From the NCBI GenBank assembly GCA_027452025.1, contig DAIDHI010000080.1:58-64057 (forward strand): 64,000 bases of DNA, given 5' to 3'. The notes beneath the pieces are model-generated. The model did not search any database. It was not told the DNA's origin and saw nothing but the letters and a program-made list of their open reading frames with translations. The position numbers and the translations under genes are program-made. Positions 56,613 to 63,861 of the stretch are shown here, one piece after another. The DNA comes from Elusimicrobiota bacterium. GTDB lineage: Bacteria; Elusimicrobiota; Elusimicrobia; UBA1565; UBA9628. Within the stretch, counting starts at the first letter, position 1, and each line of letters opens with the position of its first letter.

Positions 56613-56735
56613 ATGAACGACCAGAAGAAGACCGTGACCGTCGTGAAGGCCGAGCCGAAGCTCGTTTGGCAGACCCCCTCCCTGGAGGAGGTCTCCGATC
56701 GGGTGATGGCGCAGCCTTACATCCGGTTCACGTGA
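56613..56735 (+). CDS. 40-aa candidate precursor peptide (PqqA-like): MNDQKKTVTVVKAEPKLVWQTPSLEEVSDRVMAQPYIRFT
   Basis: AGGAG SD lies 7 nt upstream of ATG 56613. 37 of 40 codons end in G/C by hand count. The TGA stop overlaps the GTG start of the next radical SAM gene (GTGA). It is visible only as the tail of the listed ORF 56544-56735. Confidence 0.6.
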   Translation: MNDQKKTVTVVKAEPKLVWQTPSLEEVSDRVMAQPYIRFT

Positions 56736-57700
56736 CGCACGGGAGAGGGGCGTCCGTGGGCGACTACGGCGCCCCTCTCTTTCTGGCCTGGCAGCTGACC
56801 AACCGCTGCACGGGCAGCTGCCTGCACTGCTGCGAGGAATCCGGGCCCGACAAGGCTTGGCCCGACGAGATGAGCCGCGAGCAGTGCTTGTCGCTGGCCC
56901 GGCAGATCGCGCGCATGGGCGTGCCTTACGTGGCCTTCGGCGGCGGCGAGCCGATGGGCTCGCCCCACGTCTGGGAGATCTTCGAGATCCTGGCGCGCGG
57001 CGGCGTCGAGATCAAGATCGAGACCAACGGGCTGCTCCTGGACGACGCGGCCTGCGACCGGCTCAAGGCCTTGAACGTCGCCTGCGTGCAGATCTCCATC
57101 GACGGGGCGACGGCCGCCGTTCACGAGGGCCTGCGTCCCGGCTCCGGCTACGCGCCGGCCTGGGAGGCGATCGACCGCCTGGTCTCGCGCGGCCTGGGTC
57201 CCGAGCTCGTTTTCATCCCCACCAAGCTCAACGTCTCCGGCGCCGTCGCCGTCTATGAGCAAGCGGCGCGGCGGGGCGTGCGCACGTTCGTGACGGGGCC
57301 GCTCATGCGCCTGGGGCGGGCCGCCGCGGCCTGGGAGGCCCTGGCCTGCTCCGAGGAGCAATGGGCCGCCGCGGCCGAGGCCCTGCGGCAGGCCTCGCTG
57401 CGCGAAAAAGGCCCGCGCCTGGCGCTCTATCCTTGGGGCATCCAGGCCGAGATGAAGACCCGCGCCGAAAGCCCGCAGGCCATGGTGCTGGTCGTGCCCA
57501 ACGGCCGGGTCAAGCTCCTCAACGCCCTGCCCTTCGCCGCCGCCGACCTCAAGACCGAGACGCTGGCCGCGGCCTGGCCGAAGGTCGCCGCCGCCTGGCG
57601 GCGGCCCGAGGTCCAGGACTTCGTGCGCCGCGCGCAAAGCGACCCCGGTCTTCTGCGCCACGCCAACGAGTGCTGGGACGTGGCCCTCGCCGGCGCCTAA
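56732..57700 (+). CDS. radical SAM enzyme, PqqE/AhbD-like core, SPASM cysteines absent (paralog 3)
   Basis: LFLAWQLTNRCTGSCLHC, FGGGEP, KIETNG, VQISIDG, ...VVPNGRVKLLNALPFAAADL (no Cys at the SPASM-entry position). GTG 56732 is preferred, and GTG 56756 is also in frame. Confidence 0.85.
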   Translation: MTHGRGASVGDYGAPLFLAWQLTNRCTGSCLHCCEESGPDKAWPDEMSREQCLSLARQIARMGVPYVAFGGGEPMGSPHVWEIFEILARGGVEIKIETNGLLLDDAACDRLKALNVACVQISIDGATAAVHEGLRPGSGYAPAWEAIDRLVSRGLGPELVFIPTKLNVSGAVAVYEQAARRGVRTFVTGPLMRLGRAAAAWEALACSEEQWAAAAEALRQASLREKGPRLALYPWGIQAEMKTRAESPQAMVLVVPNGRVKLLNALPFAAADLKTETLAAAWPKVAAAWRRPEVQDFVRRAQSDPGLLRHANECWDVALAGA

Positions 57701-57744
57701 AACTCGCTGCGACGGGCGGCAAAACTGCTATCCTGAGACGTCGC

Positions 57745-58191
57745 ATGGCGGCTCTCTTTCCTCACGGCTGGATCCATTACTTGGCGGGCGGCCTGCTCAT
57801 CGGCTGCGGGGTCTCGCTGATCTATCTCTGCACCGGCGTGGCCGCCGGCACGAGCTCTTTTTTCAGCGCGCAGTGGTCCTGGTTCTCGCGCCTGGGCTTT
57901 TTTAGGCAGGAGCGCTGGCGCGAGGAACGCGGCTGGCGGCTGATCTACGCCGCCGGCCTGGTCGCCGGAGCGCTGCTTTGGCGGCTCGAGACCGGCGTCT
58001 GCCTGACGACGTCCGTGGAGCCGCGCAGGCTCCTCGTCGGCGGCCTGCTGGCCGGCTTCGGTGCGCGCCTTTCGGGCGGCTGCACGGCCGGCCACGGCAT
58101 CTGCGGCCTCGCCTCTCTCAAGAAGGAGTCTTTCGTGGCCGTTCCCGTCTTCCTGCTCACGGCGATCCTCGTGGCGAGGCTCCTGCCGTGA
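57745..58191 (+). CDS. YeeE/YedE-family (sulfur-compound transport) membrane protein, half-size subunit 1
   Basis: GGLLIGCGVSLIYL... and ...LSGGCTAGHGICGL conserved Cys motifs of the YeeE/YedE family. 148 aa. Confidence 0.75.
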   Translation: MAALFPHGWIHYLAGGLLIGCGVSLIYLCTGVAAGTSSFFSAQWSWFSRLGFFRQERWREERGWRLIYAAGLVAGALLWRLETGVCLTTSVEPRRLLVGGLLAGFGARLSGGCTAGHGICGLASLKKESFVAVPVFLLTAILVARLLP

Positions 58192-58598
58192 AGCGCGCCG
58201 CCGCGGCGCTCTTGGGCGGCGTCCTCTTCGGCCTGGGCCTGGCCGTTTCCGGCATGGTCCGGCCCGAGACCGTCCTCGATTTCCTCCACCTGCGCGACAT
58301 GGGCCTTTTGCTCGTGCTCGGCGGGGCGGCGGGCGTCAGCCTCCTCGCCTTCCAGCTCGCGCCGCGGCTGCTCGGCCGGCCGGCGTTCGGAGGAAGCTTC
58401 GAGCCGCATCCCGGGCGCCTGAGCGGACGCACCTTCGCCGGCGCGGCGATCTTCGGGGCGGGCTGGGGCCTGTGCGGAGTCTGCCCGGGGCCGGCCGTGG
58501 CGGGCCTGGGCGCGGGCCTGACGGCGCTCTTGTGGTCCGTCGCCGGGCTCGCGCTCGGCGCCTGGCTGCACGGGCTCTATCAAGAGCTGGCCGGCTAG
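58188..58598 (+). CDS. YeeE/YedE-family membrane protein, half-size subunit 2
   Basis: LLGGVLFGLGLAVSGM...GAGWGLCGVCPGPA motif. The GTG overlaps the upstream stop (GTGA). Confidence 0.7.
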   Translation: MKRAAAALLGGVLFGLGLAVSGMVRPETVLDFLHLRDMGLLLVLGGAAGVSLLAFQLAPRLLGRPAFGGSFEPHPGRLSGRTFAGAAIFGAGWGLCGVCPGPAVAGLGAGLTALLWSVAGLALGAWLHGLYQELAG

Positions 58599-58599
58599 C

Positions 58600-59760
58600 T
58601 CAGGTTCCGATCTTGTCGCTGCGCGCCGGCAGGGGATTGTCCCCCGGCCGGAACGGATGAGCCAGCAGGTAATGCGCGTAGCGCTGCACGCCCCACAACG
58701 GCGGCTGGCGCAGCGCCTGCCGGTAGGCGTCCCGGGCGTCCGCCCGGCGTCCGAGCAAGTCCAGCGACTCGCCCTTGAACAAGCTCAAGACGCTGCAGAA
58801 GCGCTGGCCGCGCGGCACGAATTGCGCGGCCCGTTCGTAGTCGACGAGGGCTTCCTGGGGCCGGCCCTCCATCTGGCGGGCCAGGCCGAGGAAGCCGCGG
58901 CCGATGGCGCGGTCGAGCGGCCGGTAGAACGGCGCTTTGGCGCGCGCGTGGTCCAGATACCGGCGCGCCTGCTCGCCTAGGCCCTGCGCGTCGCCCAGGC
59001 GCACGAGCCCGACGAGCCGCAGGAAGGCGAAGAAGGGGCTGCCGGGATAGCGCTTGCCGGCGTCCTCCAGGATCTGCCAGGCCTCCTGGGGCTTCTTCTC
59101 GAAGGTCCAGTCGATGGCGACGAGCAGGAGCTTGGCGGCCATGGCGCTGAAGCGGCCTTGCGAGGCCAGCGCCAATTCGTGAAGACCGCGCGCCTTGCCG
59201 CCGCCGCCCATGAAGGCCAGGAAGCGCACGATGCGAGACAGCGTGGCCAGGTAGTAGTCGAAGGCTCCAAGGCCGAGATAGGCGTCGTCGAGGGCCGGGT
59301 CGAGGGAAACGGCGCGCCGCTCCGCCTTGTAGGCGCGGCGGCCGTCGAAGTAGGCGCGCACCCATTTCTGGCGCGCGGCCTCCCAGCGCCCGCGCAGGCC
59401 GTAGGCCGCGCCCAGATAAAGGTAGGCCTCGGGATCCTTGGCGTGGCCGCGCGCGTAGGACGAGGCGTCGGCGATCGCCGTCGAGACGGCGGCGGTGAAC
59501 CTCGCTTCCTCCGGGCTGCCCGGAAGCGCCAGGAGGTTTTCCATGCGCCACCAGGTCGCCGTGGCGTAGCCCAGGGAGAGCACGGGGTCGCCGGGGCGCT
59601 GCGCCATCAAGACGGCGAAGTCCTGTTCCGCGCCGTCGTAGTCGCACATGTAGAGCGCGTCGATGCCCTTGGTGACGGCGGCCTGGTCCTCGGGCGTCAT
59701 GGCTCGGGCCGCGCCAGGGATCGCGAGCAGCGCCGCCAACGCCAGGCCCCGAAGGTTCAC
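58600..59760 (-). CDS. secreted TPR-like helical-repeat protein (hypothetical)
   Basis: Signal peptide MNLRGLALAALLAIPGAARA and repeated A-x-x-x-Y/A-x-x-A helical hairpin patterns. Confidence 0.5.
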   Translation of the reverse strand: MNLRGLALAALLAIPGAARAMTPEDQAAVTKGIDALYMCDYDGAEQDFAVLMAQRPGDPVLSLGYATATWWRMENLLALPGSPEEARFTAAVSTAIADASSYARGHAKDPEAYLYLGAAYGLRGRWEAARQKWVRAYFDGRRAYKAERRAVSLDPALDDAYLGLGAFDYYLATLSRIVRFLAFMGGGGKARGLHELALASQGRFSAMAAKLLLVAIDWTFEKKPQEAWQILEDAGKRYPGSPFFAFLRLVGLVRLGDAQGLGEQARRYLDHARAKAPFYRPLDRAIGRGFLGLARQMEGRPQEALVDYERAAQFVPRGQRFCSVLSLFKGESLDLLGRRADARDAYRQALRQPPLWGVQRYAHYLLAHPFRPGDNPLPARSDKIGT

Positions 59761-59860
59761 GGGGGCATCATACCCGATTTTGAAGCGTGATTTTATCGCC
59801 TAGCCGCGCCGAGTTTTGTTAGGATGATCTCAAGCCGTTTCCATTTCAGGAGGAATCTCA

Positions 59861-60241
59861 ATGCCAATCACCACAGATCGTCAGACGTCCGTCGCGGGAG
59901 CCGTGGACTATTTCCGCGCCAAGCTCCAGTTCGAGACGACGCCGCACCAAGTCAAGGCCGCCGTCGAGCATGGCGACATCGTGCTCCTCGACGTGCGCGA
60001 CGCCGAGTCCTACAAGGCCGAACGCATCCCCGGCGCCAAGAACGTCCCCATGACCGAGCTCGAGAAGCACCTCAAGAGCCTGCCCAAGGACAAGACCCTC
60101 GTGACCTACTGCTGGAACATCACCTGCGCCATGGCGCCCAAGGCGGCCCTCATGCTGGCCGAGAAAGGCTTCCAGGTCCAGGAGCTCGTCGGCGGCCTGG
60201 AGGAATACCGCAAGAAGTTTCCCACCGAAAAGGCCAAGTAG
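59861..60241 (+). CDS. rhodanese-like domain protein
   Basis: VLLDVRDAESYKAERIPGAKNVP ... TLVTYCWNITCAMAPKAA (active-site Cys loop). Confidence 0.85.
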   Translation: MPITTDRQTSVAGAVDYFRAKLQFETTPHQVKAAVEHGDIVLLDVRDAESYKAERIPGAKNVPMTELEKHLKSLPKDKTLVTYCWNITCAMAPKAALMLAEKGFQVQELVGGLEEYRKKFPTEKAK

Positions 60242-60259
60242 ATCGCCTGTCGCCGTCTC

Positions 60260-60294
60260 GACCCCGCTCGCCCCGCGAGCGGGGTCTTTTTTTT
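60260..60294 (+). terminator. Rho-independent terminator
   Basis: GACCCCGCTCG / CGAGCGGGGTC 11-bp stem, loop CCCCG, followed by T8 (60287-60294). The T-run overlaps the stop codon of the convergent gene. Confidence 0.85.
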
Positions 60295-61502
60295 CAGCGC
60301 AAGACCAGCCGCGAGTCCGGCGGCCACAGGCGCGGCGTCTGATCCCGGCCGAAGCCCCGGGCCGCGTCCTCGACGCGCGGCGCGAGATAGCGCTCGAGGC
60401 CCGCGGCCGTCACGCGGCCGGAGGCGTCGGCGGCCTCGCCGTCGAGGCCCTTGAGCAGGTAATACGTGAAGGCGCCATGGCCGACGCGGTCGAGCGAGAC
60501 GGAGACTTGCCTCGGGCCGGAGGCCGTCAGGACGGTCAGCGTGGGGTCGCGAGGCAGAGCTGATTCGACCCGCGTGACCAGCGGGCGGACGTTGGAGGCC
60601 AGGACCGAGCGCGGGCCCGCGCCCGAAAAGCAGGCGTCGAGCGCGACGAAGGTTTGGCGCGCGCCGAGCTCGGAAAGGTCGGCATAGAGGCGTTTGAGCG
60701 GGAAGCCAGTTTTCTTGAGGTAGTTCGCATCGCCGTCCCAGGGCACCAGATAAGCCGCGCCGGTGACCGGGTCCGGCGCTCCGTGGCCGGAAAAGAAGAA
60801 ATAGACCCGGCTGTCCTCCTTGACGCGGCGAGGCAGCCACAGCTCCAGGTATTTCTCCAGGCTCGCCAGCCCGGCCTTGTCGTCGGCCAGGAAGACCACG
60901 TTGCGCGGCGGCACGCCCAGGGCGAGCAGGTGCCGGTAGACGGCCCGGGCGTCGCGCACGGCGTAGCGCGCGTCGGGCAGGTCCGAATAATGCTCGACGC
61001 CGACGGCCACGGCCAGGTCGTGCGGCCGCTGCGGCAGCCGGTAGTCCGGCTCGGCCAGCGGGTCCTCGGAGCCGGGCAGCGGCCCGGGCGCGGACGGCTG
61101 GGCCCCGGCCGCCGGCAGCGAGGCGAGCAGGCCGGGGTCGGAGAGCAGCCGGCGGGCGACCTTCCGCGACAAGTCGCGCATCGCGCCCGACCACGTCCAG
61201 AGGCTGCGCGTCTCGACTGAAAAAAGCCGCCGCGAGCGGGCGCCGTCGTAGACGTCCGCGGTGAATCCCACGCCGCGCCCGAGCTCTATTTGCAGGTCGC
61301 AGTCCCGCTTGCCCTGCCGCGCGCGGTCAAACTCCGCGGCGTAGCGCAGAAACAGGGGAACCAGCGGCTCGTCGTCGGCGGTCTTGGCCGAGACGCAGAC
61401 CGCGGCGTCGAACCCCGCGCGCGCCGGCGCGGCGGCGGGCCCGAAGGACGACAGAAGGAGCAGAAGCGCGGCGGTCATGCGGCGGGGCGGGGCTAGCCGC
61501 AA
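60294..61502 (-). CDS. secreted caspase-like (peptidase C14) domain protein
   Basis: Signal peptide. A C14 His-Cys dyad context is present: YFFFSGHGAPD and FVALDACFSGAG. The start is 61502 or 61478. Confidence 0.72.
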   Translation of the reverse strand: MRLAPPRRMTAALLLLLSSFGPAAAPARAGFDAAVCVSAKTADDEPLVPLFLRYAAEFDRARQGKRDCDLQIELGRGVGFTADVYDGARSRRLFSVETRSLWTWSGAMRDLSRKVARRLLSDPGLLASLPAAGAQPSAPGPLPGSEDPLAEPDYRLPQRPHDLAVAVGVEHYSDLPDARYAVRDARAVYRHLLALGVPPRNVVFLADDKAGLASLEKYLELWLPRRVKEDSRVYFFFSGHGAPDPVTGAAYLVPWDGDANYLKKTGFPLKRLYADLSELGARQTFVALDACFSGAGPRSVLASNVRPLVTRVESALPRDPTLTVLTASGPRQVSVSLDRVGHGAFTYYLLKGLDGEAADASGRVTAAGLERYLAPRVEDAARGFGRDQTPRLWPPDSRLVLR

Positions 61503-62493
61503 GGGTAGCCCCGGCCGCGGCTCCCGTCAAGGCGTCGAGGGCCCAGCGCGCGGCGCCGGTCGCCACGGCGAGGTCCCCCAGCCGCGCCGGGACGACGCGC
61601 ACGACGCGCGCGATCGGGGCCAAGGCATGGCGGCGCATGGTCTTTTCGGCCTCCGGCACGATGATGTCCCCCAAGGCCTTCACCAGGCCTCCGCCGAGGA
61701 CGACCATGTCGGGATTGAGAAAGTTCACGAGGTTGGCGAGCACCAGGCCCACGACGCTTGCGCGGCTGCGCACGAGCTCCTCCAGCTGAGCGTCGCCCTT
61801 GCGGATGGCGCGGGCCATGACGTCGGCGCGGATGTCGAGGAGGTTGGCCCCCGCCTCGCGAAACAGCGCGGGCGCCCACTGCTTGGCCGCGAGCGCCGCG
61901 GCCTGCGCGGCCACGGCGTGGCGGCTGGCGATGTCGTCGAAGAGACCCTGCCGCCCGGAGCCCGAGAGCGGCCCCAAGGCGTCGAGCAGGTAGTGGCCGA
62001 TCTCGCCGGCGAGGCCCGAGGAGCCCTGGTAAAGCCGGCCTTCGAGGATGATCGCCCCTCCGATGCCCGTGCCCAGGAATAGGCCGATCACGTTGCGCGC
62101 CAGCGCCGCCGCGCCGAGCTTGAACTCGCCGTAGAGGCCCATTTGCGCGTCGTTGCCGACGAAAACGGGGCAGCCGGTCGCGCGGCGCAGGCGGGCGGCG
62201 ATCGGGAAGTCGCGGATGAATGGGATGTTGGGGCAGGACGCCAGCGCGCCGGACTCGGCGTCGATGAAGCCCGCGCAGCCGGCGCCCACGGCTTGGATTT
62301 CGAGGCGCTCGCGGCGGGCGCGGGCTGCCAGCCTTTGCACGCTCTCATCGAGCCTGGCCGAGAACAGGCGCAGGCCCTTATCGGGCTCCGAGCGGTGCAG
62401 CAGCGACTCGACGGGCCGCAGCTTCTCGTCGAAAAGCGCCGCCAGCACTTTGGAGCCGCCCAGATCCAGGCCCAGGTAAGCCCGCCCGCTCAT
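61327..62493 (-). CDS. ROK-family kinase/regulator-like protein (no Zn Cys motif) with Arg-rich tail
   Basis: YLGLDLGGSKV, VGNDAQMGLYGE, LGTGIGGAIILEG, GEIGHYLLD, VVLGGGL. The last ~60 aa are Arg-rich and overlap the start of the caspase-like gene by ~176 nt. Confidence 0.7.
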   Translation of the reverse strand: MSGRAYLGLDLGGSKVLAALFDEKLRPVESLLHRSEPDKGLRLFSARLDESVQRLAARARRERLEIQAVGAGCAGFIDAESGALASCPNIPFIRDFPIAARLRRATGCPVFVGNDAQMGLYGEFKLGAAALARNVIGLFLGTGIGGAIILEGRLYQGSSGLAGEIGHYLLDALGPLSGSGRQGLFDDIASRHAVAAQAAALAAKQWAPALFREAGANLLDIRADVMARAIRKGDAQLEELVRSRASVVGLVLANLVNFLNPDMVVLGGGLVKALGDIIVPEAEKTMRRHALAPIARVVRVVPARLGDLAVATGAARWALDALTGAAAGATLAASPAPPHDRRASAPSVVLRARRRAGARGVRRRGLRLGQDRRRRAAGSPVSALRRGV

Positions 62494-62553
62494 GATTGAA
62501 TTTTACCGCCGCCAAGATGACGGGCGCTTGCCCGCGAGGTCGCGATCGGTCGC

Positions 62554-63861
62554 CTAGCGAGCGGCGGCGTCGGCCTGGGTGGCGACCGGCAGGGCGGGCC
62601 GGTCCTGGTAGGCGGCGACGAAATTGCGCATGATCGTGACGACGTAAGCGCGCGTCTCCGCCGGCAGGCTGCGCCCGCGGGTGACGAACTGGTCGACGCG
62701 CCCCATGCCCGCGTTGTAGGCCGCCAGCGCGAGGATGACGGCCTTGACGGCCTGCGTCATCTGGCTCGTCGCGTCATAGCCGCCGCGGCGCACCTGGCGG
62801 TAGGCGACCTCGACGACGTCGTCGGCGTCCCTGCGGACCGCGGCCCCGAACTCGGCCATGACCTGCTGCGCGGAACGGCCGGAATAGCGCTCCAAGAGCA
62901 TCCGGAAGATGCCCGTGCCCTTATCGACGTTCTCGCGCGGCCGCAGCATCTGCGCGCGCGTCGTGTTCCAATCGCCGGGGACCACCTGCATCAGGCCGAC
63001 GGCCTGCCGGCCGCTGATCGCCGCCGTCTTGAAGTCGGATTCGATCCGGGCCATGGAGGTCACGAGCCGCGCGGCGGCGGCGCGTGCCTTGCCGAAAGAC
63101 CGAGACGCCGCGTCCAAGGCCAGGGTGTAGACTTGGCCATAGGACAGCCGCCGGGCGGCGGCCGCGTCGGGGACGGCCGCCGCGGGAACAGGGGCGAGAT
63201 CGGGCGACGAGGCCCCCGGCCAGCGCCTGGCGGGCTCGAAATCCCGCGCGACCATGGTGGAAAGGGCGTCGAGGCGGCGGCGCTCGGCGACGGGCAGGCG
63301 GTCGGCCAGGACGCCGAGGTCCACGTCGCCTCGTCCGGACTGCAGCGCGGCCACGATGCCCTCGGCCTTGGCCTTGGCGCGCGAGGCCGCCGGCCCGCGG
63401 CGCCGGCTGAGGCTTTCAACGATCGCCTTTTCGCTAGCCGTCAGGGCTTTCGCCTGCAGCCGAGCAACATAGCCCTGGACGCCCAGGGCCATGTAGCGGC
63501 CGTCCTGGGCCTGGGATTCATAGCTGAGGCGCAGGGCGCAGGAGAGGGCGGCCTTGAAGCGCTCGCCCTGCTTATTGAGCTGGGTCAGATACATGGGAGC
63601 GGCGGTGACTTTCCGGACCTCCTCCATCTCGCCCCTATAATAGGCGTAGCCTTGCGGGCACTGCGCCTCGGGCCCCGGGCTCTTATCGAGAGTTTCCGGC
63701 AGGAGCTGAAGGTAGCCCGCGGCGTCGGAGTTGAGCTGGAGCCTTTCTTGACGGACGGCCTCGGAAAACGGCACCGTCTGCGGCTTGGCGGCGCCGAGGC
63801 CCTCGGCGAAAGCGCCCTGGGCGGGGAACGCCAGGACCGCGGCGAGCAGGACCGTCTTCAT
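62554..63861 (-). CDS. lytic transglycosylase (SLT domain) with N-terminal helical region
   Basis: Signal peptide MKTVLLAAVLAFPAQGAFA. Catalytic block MARIESDFKTAAISGRQAVGLMQV and ...AAYNAGMGRV. GGGAGG SD before ATG 63861. Confidence 0.8.
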   Translation of the reverse strand: MKTVLLAAVLAFPAQGAFAEGLGAAKPQTVPFSEAVRQERLQLNSDAAGYLQLLPETLDKSPGPEAQCPQGYAYYRGEMEEVRKVTAAPMYLTQLNKQGERFKAALSCALRLSYESQAQDGRYMALGVQGYVARLQAKALTASEKAIVESLSRRRGPAASRAKAKAEGIVAALQSGRGDVDLGVLADRLPVAERRRLDALSTMVARDFEPARRWPGASSPDLAPVPAAAVPDAAAARRLSYGQVYTLALDAASRSFGKARAAAARLVTSMARIESDFKTAAISGRQAVGLMQVVPGDWNTTRAQMLRPRENVDKGTGIFRMLLERYSGRSAQQVMAEFGAAVRRDADDVVEVAYRQVRRGGYDATSQMTQAVKAVILALAAYNAGMGRVDQFVTRGRSLPAETRAYVVTIMRNFVAAYQDRPALPVATQADAAAR

